From: Blastocladiella emersonii ATCC 22665
Taxonomy: Eukaryota; Fungi; Blastocladiomycota
NCBI GenBank assembly: GCA_025594325.1
Contig: JANHCV010000006.1
Coordinates: 1,488,001 to 1,552,000, forward strand
DNA length: 64,000 nt
Reading direction: 5' to 3'
In this document: one piece after another, positions 1 through 9,841 of the stretch
Position numbering within the stretch: the first letter of the stretch is position 1
How the letters are laid out: each line of letters opens with the position of its first letter
Made by a program: the position numbers and the translations under genes
The notes under the pieces: model-generated
The model's input: the letters and a program-made list of their open reading frames with translations, nothing else
The model's database searches: none
What the model was told of the DNA's origin: nothing

Positions 1-1817
1 TGTCGCGGCTGCCGAGCGAGGACGAGGTGCCGGCCAGCTCACAGCACCTCCCGATCGTCATCAACCACCCCGCCGCCGTAACGCCAGCTCGGCTCGGCGT
101 CGCCTCCGACTCGGGCGGCGTCATCCGCGTGTCGATGGTCAACCTCGGCGACCTCCTGACGCTGCCGCGGGCCGTGCACGCGTCCTTGCTCTCCCTAAAC
201 CACTCGAACGCGGCGGGCGGCATCAGACGCGACGACCATCCAGCGGCAGTCGTCGCGGGCCTGTCATCAACCTCGACCAGCGCGCTGCACCAGCCCAAGC
301 TCAAGGTTTCGGTCGGTGCGTTCGAGGGCGGCACGCGGTACGCGGTCACCACGCTCGGGAAGTCGAGCGGGACCGACGATGACGATCGTCCCTTCTCGCC
401 CTCGTTTTCCGACATGCCGCGCCTGATTCTCGCGGCGACGACGCGGGATGCGGCGGACCGCGAGTCGATCAGCAACGAGGCGCCCGGGATGGAGACGCTG
501 CAGCCGCCGCGCCCGCACTCGCCAGAACTGCATGCAACCGCGGCCTCGGATGGAACGGCGGCCACATCCACGACCAACGAGACGAACTCGATCAGCGATA
601 CCGCGTCGTCTACCAGCACCAACGCCAGTATCCGGACGGGTACGAGCAGCGGCACCGGCAGCGCGGCCAGCAGTCTCGCGGCGCTCGGCGTGAGTGCGCC
701 CGTCATTCCACAGCCGCCGCGGCCGCGCCCCTCGACCGAGTCGGGCGTCCTCCCGCCGCATCGCCCGCTGCACAACACGTGGCGGTACAAGGCGCAGCGG
801 GCCGAGTACGTGGGCGGCGGCAACGTGCGCGATTCGGTGGTGATCACGTCGTCCATATTGCCCGCGCTCGAGCCCATGGGCCTCGACGCGGCGCTGCGTC
901 CCGACGAAGAGCACAGCGCGTCGAGCAGCTCGATGCAGGGCGCGCCGAGCGGGAAGGCAGCAGCAGATGCGGCGCGGCGCCAGTCGCGCGGTACCACTGC
1001 ATCGTCGGCGTCGCGGCGCAGCACGTGGTACCGGAGGCTGCGGCGCGCGCTGCACCGGCTCCGCACCGAGTTCTTTTACCGGTTCCCCGACCCGGCCGAG
1101 GAGGAGCGGTACCTCGCGTACTACTACGCGAAGCTCAAGATACGAATGCAGGTCACGGCGGTGGCGGGGATCCTGACGCAGCTCCTCATCGCCCTGTTCC
1201 TCAAGCTCTCGCGCGCGGGTCGCGATGCGGTCAACGACGCCGAAGCTGACGAGCTGCACCCGCTGGGCGGCGGCATGTTCGCGTGGCTCGAGCCGTTTCG
1301 GCCTATCCTGCTCCAGTGGTGGTTCCCGTACGCGCAGCACATCCTCGCGTACCTCCTGCAGCTCGCGGTCGCACGGTCCCGGTCGGCGTGGTTCACGGGC
1401 GCGAACCTCGAGTGGTACGCGGTGGGCCACTGCATCGTGTTCGTCGCGGGCGTCGTGACCGTAGACATACAGGTCCGCGTCATTACCAGCAACTACGTGC
1501 TGGTGCAGTCGGCGTGCCATCAAGTCCTCGCCACGGTGCTGGGGATCGCTACGCTCAGGCTCCGGCCCCGCGCACACGCGACCGTGCTGGCGGCATTCAT
1601 CCTGCTGGTAGTGGCCGAGTACGCGCTGCTCCTTGCCAACGGCGCGGCCACCGACACGCTAGCCAAGATCGTGATCGCGTCGTCGACGTCGCTCATCAGC
1701 CTCGTGCTCAGCGTCTACTTTGAGCTGGCCAACCGGCGGTACTTTGTGATCAAGTCGCACGTCCAGCGGACGTCGACGTTGCGCCGGCGCCGTGACCCTT
1801 CGTCGGCCTTCCACTGA
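1..1817 (+). CDS. 5'-truncated paralog (copy 1) of the catalytic-domain-less transmembrane adenylyl-cyclase-like protein; linker plus second membrane block
   Basis: Frame open from position 3 to the TGA at 1815-1817. Shares long blocks with the 15112-19055 protein (LLTLPR..HASL, LPPHRPLH, RDSVVITSS.LP.LEPMGLD, FFYRFPDPAEE.RYLAYYYAKLK, QSACHQVLATVLG, SVYFE.ANRRYF). About six hydrophobic segments. Confidence 0.85.
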   Translation, partial: SRLPSEDEVPASSQHLPIVINHPAAVTPARLGVASDSGGVIRVSMVNLGDLLTLPRAVHASLLSLNHSNAAGGIRRDDHPAAVVAGLSSTSTSALHQPKLKVSVGAFEGGTRYAVTTLGKSSGTDDDDRPFSPSFSDMPRLILAATTRDAADRESISNEAPGMETLQPPRPHSPELHATAASDGTAATSTTNETNSISDTASSTSTNASIRTGTSSGTGSAASSLAALGVSAPVIPQPPRPRPSTESGVLPPHRPLHNTWRYKAQRAEYVGGGNVRDSVVITSSILPALEPMGLDAALRPDEEHSASSSSMQGAPSGKAAADAARRQSRGTTASSASRRSTWYRRLRRALHRLRTEFFYRFPDPAEEERYLAYYYAKLKIRMQVTAVAGILTQLLIALFLKLSRAGRDAVNDAEADELHPLGGGMFAWLEPFRPILLQWWFPYAQHILAYLLQLAVARSRSAWFTGANLEWYAVGHCIVFVAGVVTVDIQVRVITSNYVLVQSACHQVLATVLGIATLRLRPRAHATVLAAFILLVVAEYALLLANGAATDTLAKIVIASSTSLISLVLSVYFELANRRYFVIKSHVQRTSTLRRRRDPSSAFH

Positions 1818-2058
1818 TACTACATCCGATTCCATTCACCACCTTCACATTGGCGATATCAATGCGCAGAGTGGCACGGTGCGAAAGTGCCACGTCGCCG
1901 CCAACATCGGGAGCGGAGAGCGGCGTGACCGACAGTCAGCGCGGCGAGAACGACGCGTCACCGCCGCCGCCACGCCGGTCGCCGACCCGCCCGTCTTGCA
2001 CACATCTCTCTCCTTCCTCTCTCCCGCTCAGACAACACCACCCGCACCAAGAAAGCAA

Positions 2059-5000
2059 ATGAACCCGCCGCCCACCGCCGCCGCCGAGCTCGAGCTCGTC
2101 GAGCGCGTCGAGCTGCGCTTCGCGCTGGCGTCGACGGACGCGCAGCTAGCCGCCGCCGTCAACACCTTCCTCGTCCCTCTTCTGCAAAAGCTAGCCTCGC
2201 CCAACGCCGCCGCCGTGCAGCCCAATGTCCTCGCGCTGCTATCGCACATCAACACGCGCCTGCGCGCCGCCGCGAGCGTGACCCTGCCGACGCCCGCCAT
2301 CGTGGCACTGCTCGGCGCGCCCGCGACGCCCGCCGTCGTGCGCAACTTTGCCCTCGTGTACCTCGAGATGGCCATCGACCGCACGCCCGCCGCGGCCGAC
2401 CGCGCCACGCTCGTCCCGTCGCTCCTCGCCGCCGTCGCCTCGTTCGGCCCCACCCCGCTCCCCGTCACGAGCCCCGCGCTCCCGCGCCCGTACCAGCTGC
2501 TCGTCGTCCAGCTCCTCGCGTGCATTCATGCCATGCAGCTGCCGCCCGTCAACTCCGACGCGGTTGCGGTGCGCGACGCTATCGCCGAGAAGGTATCGCA
2601 GGCGCACTGGGAGCACGCGCTTGCGGCCCTGACGGTCGCCCTGGTCGCGCCCGCCGCGCCCATCGATCCCGCCGTCAAGCGCAGCCTGTGCTCGTTCGCC
2701 GTCTTCTACGTCCCCGCCCCGCTCGAGCCCGTCCTGTGGCAGCGCGCGCTGCTCCTGTTCGCCGCCTCGTGTGACGCCCACAACGCCGTCGCCGAGCACG
2801 CCGAGACCGCGTGGCGCAAGGTCAAGATCGACGTCGAGGACCCGCAACTCGTCGACGCCGTCCTCACCATGTACCCGCTCCAGCCGGCGGCACCGCAGCA
2901 GCAGCAGCCGCAGAGCCCCGTCTCGCTGCAGCAGGTGCAATCGCTGACGCAGGGCGCGCTCGCGACCAAGACTAAGGTCCTCGCCTTCGCCCAGAAGTCG
3001 AAGCGCGCCGCGAGCGCGTTCCCGGCGTGCATCAAGATCACCTTCGACGCGCTCTTCGCCACGGCCACGGTCCCGCGCCTGCAGCAGGCCGGGCTCGCGT
3101 ACCTGCAGTGGGTCGCGCGCATGGCCGACCAGTCGCTCCTCGAGCGCATCGCGCCCGTCCTCGTCTCGGGTACCCTGCGCACCGTCAAGGACGAACCGAC
3201 CGGCCCGCTCGCCGAGTACGCTCTGACCGCGCTCGGCCTCCTCCTCAAGCGCGTCCCGCAGCAGCTCACGCCCGATATCCTCGACACGCTGTTCGCGCAG
3301 GCCCGCGCCGGACCACCCGCCCACCTCAAGCTCGCCCTCCAGGACTGCCTCACCGGGATCCTGTTCTCGATGTCCACCCCGCCCGCCAACCTCGAGCTGC
3401 TCACCGCGGGCGCCGCGGGGCACGCGTCGGACCTGTTCCGCTGGGTCGCCCTGCGGTACACGGGCAAGCTCGCCCCACTCGCCCTCCCCACGCTCGCACT
3501 TCACCTCCAGCTCACCGCCGACGCGTCGCACCTCGTCCGCCAGGAGGCCGCGCACGGGCTCGAGCTCGAGGCGCTCGTTGACGCGGCGGCGGCAGCGCCG
3601 TCGTTTGACGAGGTTTTGGGAATGGTCCGCGGGCTCCCCGGTAAGATCCCGCACGCGGTCCGCGAGGCCAGCGTCGAGTTCCTGTTCCGCTACCTCGCCG
3701 TCACCGCGCTCGGCCACCCGGTCCGCCGCTCCGTCGTCCCCGAGTCGCTCCGCGACCACGCGTTCGCGCGCAAGTACCGCGACTGGATCCGCGCCAACAG
3801 CGACGCGGCGGCCGCGTGGACGCGGTTCCTGCTCGATAACCTGTTTCTCAGCGGAGGTGCGTTTCCACCACCTTCTGGGCTTCTCGTCGTCCACGATCTG
3901 ACACCGCGCTCGCAACCACTAGCCCCGTACTCGCTCCAGGGCGCCGCCCTCCGCCGCCTGTCCCCGCTCGCCGACCTTGGCCCCGCGATCCCGCTGCGCG
4001 GCGACGCCGAGACCGCGGCCCTCGCCACCATGCTGTACCAGGCGACCAACCCGGCCGTCATGTGGTCGGTCCGCCGCCTGCTCCCAGCCGCGTTCGACGC
4101 CCCGGGAGCGCACCTCGACGCCAACACGCCCGTGGTCCGCGCCGCCGAGCTCGCGCGCGTGCCCGATGCCGCCGCGTGTCTCGCGGCCCTCGGCCAGGGA
4201 TATGGCCCGCTCGTCGAGACGGTCGCGCTGCTCCAGCTCGAGGCCCTCGCGCGATCCCGGTCGCTCGTCGCGACGGCCGAGACGGTGGACAAGGTCAAGA
4301 CGCTCGTCGCCGCCGCCGGTACGCCGTCGCAGGTCGTGTGCGGCGCTCTCGCCGCGCTCGGGTGGATGGGATATTTTACGGCTGACGACGCGGTGCGCGA
4401 GGCCGCCGTCAAGATCCTCACGGACCACGTGCCCGCATCGAGCAACGCCAAGACGTCGCCCAACGTGCTGCTGAGCGCCGGCGAGGCCGTCGCGGTGCTC
4501 GTCGCCGGGCCCGCGGCAAAGTGTATCCCGTTCGACCAGCACGTCTCGTTCACTGAGTCTACGGCGCCGGCGACAACCCACGCGTCGCCCATCACCGCGG
4601 TCCTCGCCATGGACACGGCCGTGAAACCGACGCGCCGCGCGCAGCTGACGTACCTCGAGTCGCTCGTCACGTCGGTCCCCGCGCTCGACGCCCGCACCGT
4701 CGAGGCCGTCCACGACGTGGCCGTCCGCGCCCTCATCGTCCCCGAGTGGGCCGACCTCGCGTCCCGCTGCCTCATGCAGATCCACCTCGCGTACCTGGCC
4801 GCGTCGCCCGGACTCATGCCCGCCGTCTCCCGCGCGCTCGCGTCCGCTCCGCCTGCGGCATCGTCGGCCCGCGCGTTCGTGCTCTTTGATTGTCTCGTGG
4901 CGGCGGCCCGCGAGGTCGGGAAACCGTCGCTCGCGTGCGACCTGCTCAAGGTGCTCGACGATATGGGGCTCATGGTGGTGCCGGGCGCCGACGGCGGGTC

Positions 5001-7320
5001 GGCGGCCGAGTCTTCCGCTAGCGAGTCGGCGATCGCCGCCGCCGCCGCTGCCGCAGCAGACGACGAGAAGTGGAACGCGCTGCCGGCGACGGACCTCGTT
5101 CCCGTCCTGTTCCGGCTGCAGTGTCACCCGAACACGCACGTCGCGGCGTGCATCAAGTCGCTCGTCTCCGGGCTGGTCTCCACGCCGCGCCCGGCGCTCG
5201 CGACGCACTTCCCGCGCATCTTTCACGCGGTGCACCGCGGGCTGTCGCACTCGGCGCCGCTCGTCCGCGAGACGTCGCTGCTGGCGCTACTCGAGCTGCT
5301 GAAGCTGCGCGACGCCGAGTCGGTCGTCGCGGGGTACCTGTCCGACGACCTGTGCCGCGCCGCGCTCAAGCTGCTCGACGACGTGCACGACGCGATCCAG
5401 GCGGTCGCGGTGCGCACGTGCGGCGTGCTATGCCAGCGCATGGATCCCGCGGTCGTGGTCCCGTTCCTCCTCGACGGGCTGCGCAGTGCGGCCGCGGCGG
5501 TCACGAAATTCGCCCTGTCGACGCTGCTCAAGCTGTGCCAGGACGCGCCCCACGACGCGCTGCTCCCGCAGATCGCGACGATCACGACGGCGCTCCTCGA
5601 CGCGCTTTCGGCGCTCGAGCCGCAGGTCCTCAACTACATCTCGTTCCACGTCCACAAGTACGACATGTCCGCCGACCAGCTCGACGGCCGCCGCCTGCTC
5701 CTGCTCCAGAGCTCGCCCGTCATGGGCACCCTCGAGACGCTGATCGGCCGCGCGACGAAGCCCGCGGACGTCGAGGGCCTCGTCGCCGCGCTCGCCGGTG
5801 TCGTGCGCAAGGGCGTCGGCTTGCCCACGCGCGGCGGAGTCGCCCGTGCGATCCTCCTCCTCCGCTCGCCCGTGCTCGCGTCCGTCCCCGGCGCCGCCGA
5901 TACCCTGCTCAAGGCCCTGTCGGGCGCCGTCTTCGACGCGAACATGACGGTGCGCCACGTCATGGCGGCCGCCGCCGCGCACGTCATTGGCGCCGGCGCG
6001 CAGCAGGTGACGGTGACGAAGTTCATTGCTCACCTCGTCAAGCAGTACCTCACAACGCCCGACCGCCGCGCCGCCGTCGCCGACGTCGCGCTCGCGTGCA
6101 GCAAGTCGCCCGCGAGCAAGGACGTGTTCAACGGCGTGCTGTCCGCGCACCTCCCGCTGACCGCGATCGGAATGCACGCGGCGAAACCGGTCTCGGCAGC
6201 ATCCGCGTCCGCTGACGGGACCGCGAGCAACGCGGCCGCCGCCGAGTCGTCCGGGATCCCCGATGAGGCCGATGAGTGGCGCCGCGTGTGGCAGGCGTAC
6301 GTGAACGTGGACGCGACGGCGACGCGCATGTACGGCGGCGAGATCGCGTCGCTCGCCGCCGAGTGGGTCGCGGGCAGCCAGGACTGGGCGATCCAGGACC
6401 AGGCCGCGCGCACGCTCGCGTGGGTCGCCGCCGACCCGCACCGCGTCCCTGTCCCTGCCGACGCGCTCGCCGCCGTGTTCCACCTCGCCACCATCCAGAA
6501 GCGCGAGGCCCTCGTCACCAGCGTCGCCCGGCTCGCGGCCGCGGCCGCTGCGGTCCCTGACGCGCAGCACACGGCACGCGCGGTCCTCGAGTGGATGCTC
6601 GCCGAGACGATGAAAGCGAACCGCGGGTACGACCTGCTCGCGGACATGATCACCGCCATGGCGCCGCACGGGCTCGCGGACGGGCTCCCCGTCATCGACG
6701 CCGCCGTCAAGGCCGCCCACAAGCTCGTCGACCAGGCCGCGCAGCCGCTGTCGTCGAAACGCCGCGCCGCCGTCACCGCCGCCCTCGAAAGCGCGTGGCA
6801 CTTCCTCGTTGAGGCGTACCGTGCGCTCTCGCGCGGCGCGCGGCCCGCGGCCGTCGCGGACATGCCCGGGTTCCTCGCCGTCTTCGCCGCGCTCAACGCG
6901 CAGCCCGAGGGCGTAACCGGCCCCGCGGCGTCGGCGGCTGCGGTTCGCGACCTCGCCACCGCGATCCCCCTCCTCGCGCGCGCGGGGACTGATCTCACCT
7001 TCGTCCTTGCGGACGTGGCGCGCGTCCCCGCGTGCCTCGAGGTCGCCGCCAACTCGCTCGCACTCCCGCAGCGCGAGTCGGTCGCCGCGCTCGTCGCGCT
7101 CATGTACGTCGCGACGGGGTTGCCGCGCCCGACTGCTGCGGTGGGTCCCGCGTCGCCAACGACGGGTGAGGCGGATGTGAACGCGGCGACGGCGCAGCGT
7201 GTGCGGACCTGGCTCGCGCCCAAGCTTGCGGCGTTCCTCGACAACCCGCGCGCGTGGCTCAGCGGCGACCCGATGCGCGAGGAGGTGGCGCGGCTTGCGG
7301 AGGCGGTGCGCAGCAGGTAG
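2059..7320 (+). CDS. ECM29: Proteasome adapter/scaffold ECM29 (HEAT-repeat protein)
   Basis: N-terminus ELELVERVELRFALASTDAQL...FLVPLLQKLASP...LLSHINTR is typical of Ecm29, as are the later RETSLLALLELL, LSALEPQVLNYISFH and GVGLPTRGG motifs. Probable 66-nt in-frame intron at 3857-3922 (GTGCGT...CTGAC...CTAG). Confidence 0.9.
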   Translation: MNPPPTAAAELELVERVELRFALASTDAQLAAAVNTFLVPLLQKLASPNAAAVQPNVLALLSHINTRLRAAASVTLPTPAIVALLGAPATPAVVRNFALVYLEMAIDRTPAAADRATLVPSLLAAVASFGPTPLPVTSPALPRPYQLLVVQLLACIHAMQLPPVNSDAVAVRDAIAEKVSQAHWEHALAALTVALVAPAAPIDPAVKRSLCSFAVFYVPAPLEPVLWQRALLLFAASCDAHNAVAEHAETAWRKVKIDVEDPQLVDAVLTMYPLQPAAPQQQQPQSPVSLQQVQSLTQGALATKTKVLAFAQKSKRAASAFPACIKITFDALFATATVPRLQQAGLAYLQWVARMADQSLLERIAPVLVSGTLRTVKDEPTGPLAEYALTALGLLLKRVPQQLTPDILDTLFAQARAGPPAHLKLALQDCLTGILFSMSTPPANLELLTAGAAGHASDLFRWVALRYTGKLAPLALPTLALHLQLTADASHLVRQEAAHGLELEALVDAAAAAPSFDEVLGMVRGLPGKIPHAVREASVEFLFRYLAVTALGHPVRRSVVPESLRDHAFARKYRDWIRANSDAAAAWTRFLLDNLFLSGGAFPPPSGLLVVHDLTPRSQPLAPYSLQGAALRRLSPLADLGPAIPLRGDAETAALATMLYQATNPAVMWSVRRLLPAAFDAPGAHLDANTPVVRAAELARVPDAAACLAALGQGYGPLVETVALLQLEALARSRSLVATAETVDKVKTLVAAAGTPSQVVCGALAALGWMGYFTADDAVREAAVKILTDHVPASSNAKTSPNVLLSAGEAVAVLVAGPAAKCIPFDQHVSFTESTAPATTHASPITAVLAMDTAVKPTRRAQLTYLESLVTSVPALDARTVEAVHDVAVRALIVPEWADLASRCLMQIHLAYLAASPGLMPAVSRALASAPPAASSARAFVLFDCLVAAAREVGKPSLACDLLKVLDDMGLMVVPGADGGSAAESSASESAIAAAAAAAADDEKWNALPATDLVPVLFRLQCHPNTHVAACIKSLVSGLVSTPRPALATHFPRIFHAVHRGLSHSAPLVRETSLLALLELLKLRDAESVVAGYLSDDLCRAALKLLDDVHDAIQAVAVRTCGVLCQRMDPAVVVPFLLDGLRSAAAAVTKFALSTLLKLCQDAPHDALLPQIATITTALLDALSALEPQVLNYISFHVHKYDMSADQLDGRRLLLLQSSPVMGTLETLIGRATKPADVEGLVAALAGVVRKGVGLPTRGGVARAILLLRSPVLASVPGAADTLLKALSGAVFDANMTVRHVMAAAAAHVIGAGAQQVTVTKFIAHLVKQYLTTPDRRAAVADVALACSKSPASKDVFNGVLSAHLPLTAIGMHAAKPVSAASASADGTASNAAAAESSGIPDEADEWRRVWQAYVNVDATATRMYGGEIASLAAEWVAGSQDWAIQDQAARTLAWVAADPHRVPVPADALAAVFHLATIQKREALVTSVARLAAAAAAVPDAQHTARAVLEWMLAETMKANRGYDLLADMITAMAPHGLADGLPVIDAAVKAAHKLVDQAAQPLSSKRRAAVTAALESAWHFLVEAYRALSRGARPAAVADMPGFLAVFAALNAQPEGVTGPAASAAAVRDLATAIPLLARAGTDLTFVLADVARVPACLEVAANSLALPQRESVAALVALMYVATGLPRPTAAVGPASPTTGEADVNAATAQRVRTWLAPKLAAFLDNPRAWLSGDPMREEVARLAEAVRSR

Positions 7321-7827
7321 GCGGGCAGTTTGAGGTGATGCGAATGGATACAGTTGTAATTTGCAGAAATCATGATCGACGAGGAGAGCGCGTGCTCGGT
7401 GGCGAGCTCAATTCATTCGGCTGCACGGAGCTGGATATGGTGTGCCTCTGGAGGCTGCGACTGAACTGGTGAACCTGCTGGTGAACGTTCCCAGCGGCGC
7501 GCTGAGCAGCGCGGAGGGTTCGCAACGATCGATCGGCGTTTCAGCCACAGCGACGCGTTGCGCCACGCTGCGCCACCACGACAGATTTGCTTGACGATCG
7601 GCGACGCGCACACACCGGCGGCTTGCTTGCACGGGAAAAGGAAGTGTACTCTACATCCCGCCTATAAGTGAGGCTCAAGCCGTGTAGCCCCTTGTTGTAT
7701 GCGTTTTGTTTGACAGCGGGACTTGAACGCTCTTTCGCTCTCGCTGCTCCCCCACTCCCTGTACAGCCCCTTCTTCGCATCAGAGCACCCCATCACACCA
7801 AGCGCAGCTGGCTGCGTTTGTCGCCCA

Positions 7828-8538
7828 ATGTCCGAGCAGCCGGCTGTCCTCGCTGCTCCTGACATGCAACCATCCTGCGCTCCAACACCTGCAGCAGGGT
7901 CCAAGGCGCATGTTGGAGCGCGGCCGCTTCGACTTGTACGCTCAGGCAACACGCTACAACGAGTAGCCTTGCAGCCTGACGGCTTTATCGCAACCAAAAC
8001 ATCAGACTTCACTCGTCTCAAGAAGCTTGTTCTCAAGCTGTCAAAACACGTCACAGGCAAAACTCCCTCCATCCCTGCAAACAAGTCGACCGAGGGACAC
8101 ACGCAGCTTGTCGATGCGCTCGAAAGCCTCGTGGCTGCTGTTGTCCCCTCAACAACCAGCAAGCAGAAGGGGATGAGGGCAACAGCAAGGACATCCGTTG
8201 GAACTTCCTCTACTGGTCCAACTCAAGTTGACAAACTAGCGGCGATGACAGCATTTGTTGAATCTCGTGTCCAGAATGGTATCAAGCTCCGCGATGGTGA
8301 CCGTGAACAGTACCAAAGCCTGTTGCCCAGTTTTTGAAGGGGCGTAAAAATTGTGGAACGTGTTAATAAATATATGCCAATGCAAGCCACATACTGTGGT
8401 GTAGAAGACCTTGGTAAGTACGTGTCAACTGAAGCTGGCAAGACGCAGGACGTTTCAGCCACACTCTCGCGTCGCGCCACTCGGCTTCCCCATTTCTGTG
8501 CACGGTCACAAGCTTCTATTGGGCATTTTCTAACATAA
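7828..8538 (+). pseudogene. Decayed or foreign ORF of unknown family in a low-GC island, split by an in-frame TGA
   Basis: ORFs 7723..8337 and 8353..8538 are in the same frame, separated only by the TGA at 8335-8337. Third codon positions are A/T-rich, unlike host genes. AATAAA near 8713. Confidence 0.4.
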
Positions 8539-8619
8539 GCGACTTTGCGCACGTTCGCCCACGAGCACGAGCCCGTTCGGCCACGACCCCCAGATTGACC
8601 TAACTGCTCGCTGTGGCAG

Positions 8620-8673
8620 GTGGGCCGACTGCGCCTCGTGGGCCGAGTGCGCCTCGTGGGCCGAGTGCGCGCT
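8620..8673. repeat. 18-bp tandem repeat, 3 copies (GTGGGCCGAGTGCGCCTC)
   Basis: Directly visible units at 8620, 8638 and 8656. Confidence 0.95.
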
Positions 8674-9841
8674 CTCTTCCATCACAAAAGCTGTCCACCT
8701 TGCGATGATGAATAAATACACTTGCTACAATGTGATTTAAGACACGCATCAGACACTGTGCCGCGGCGGTGGGTGCTCTCGCGCGGTGGGGGCCGAGGCG
8801 CCTGACCCCGCGCGCCTGTCCGCCGCCACCACTGCTCTCAGACCAAGCACCGACCTCATTAATGTCAGTCTTCTGTTACCGCGGGTATCGCTGCACAGCA
8901 TGAGTGAGGCTGAGGCGATCTTCGATGAAGGGTGGCGCTTGTACCTGAAGGCGGCGCGCGAAGCCATCACCTAGTCTGATCCTGCACCGCCGTTGCACTC
9001 CGCTAGCGCCAACTCGCTTGCTTATGTACTCGCAGAAGATAAATCCTAGCTCCTTGAGAGAACCTCGAGCCCTAGCTCTACTACTTTGGCCGTAGCGACC
9101 ATTCGCCCACGACCTCGCTCAGCGGCCACATGTTTTCCGCGCTCATCTTGGACCCTCCCTGCAGGTTGGGCGCGAGCAATACGGCCAAATAAAAAGCTAT
9201 ATAGTATTTTAAATCTTTATTGGTGCCGTATGAAGTGAAATCGGCGAGGGTGCCACGGATCGCGACGATGGCCATCGTGGCCATCGTGGCCGTGGTCACG
9301 CCCACGACCGCCGAGGCCGTCGAAAATCATATCTTCTGCACTACTTTCTCCGCAGAGTATCACTTATTATTGCAAGCTCATTCAAATTGAGTGCTGCGCC
9401 CGTTTGTCAGTTGTACTGGCCGATAAATCGGATCGCATAAGAGGATAGCAATTCTCGTCTCACTCATCAAGTGCGCGCGGCTCGGAAACCGTTCAAGACC
9501 TCGCGGAGAGGTATTCAGATGTTTCCCTTGCAAACCTCACTCGAAAATGAGGTGAGAGGGCGGTGGCGGCGGCGGGCGGGCAAGCGAGGTCGGACACCTT
9601 GGCCGCCGTCGCGCAAGAGCGCTCGCCACCGCCACGCGACGCCTCACGCGTGTCTAAACATCACTTTGCATCAAGTGTATTCATAATCGGAGCGTGAGGT
9701 CGACTTGTAGTGAGAGCAGAAGTGCGGTCGCGCTGGCCACGAGGCGCAGTCGGCCCACCTGCCGCAGCGAGCAGTTAGGTCAATCTGGGGGTCATGGCCA
9801 AACGGGCTCGTGCTCGTGGGCGAACGTGCGCAAAGTCGCTA

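Noticed and set aside
1792-2058. N-terminal extension of the ECM29 ORF, and likewise upstream extensions at 11290, 19355, 22016, 36694 and 48125
   Set aside because: Homology and the CA-rich ATG context point to downstream starts; the extensions run through promoter or UTR DNA.
3857-3922. Several stop-free introns of length 3n (ECM29, LRRC71-like, YIF1, 7TM at 45753, PHS1) as a retention-based system
   Set aside because: Short GC-rich introns often lack stops by chance, and other 3n introns here do contain stops. No excess can be shown without genome-wide counts.
8620-8673. Short repeats (also 38598-38638) as CRISPR-like or telomeric arrays
   Set aside because: Contiguous units with no spacers, in a eukaryotic context; ordinary mini/microsatellites.
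9140-9165. SALILDPP as a hAT transposase LDPR motif
   Set aside because: A single short motif with no other transposase features, terminal inverted repeats or target-site duplications.
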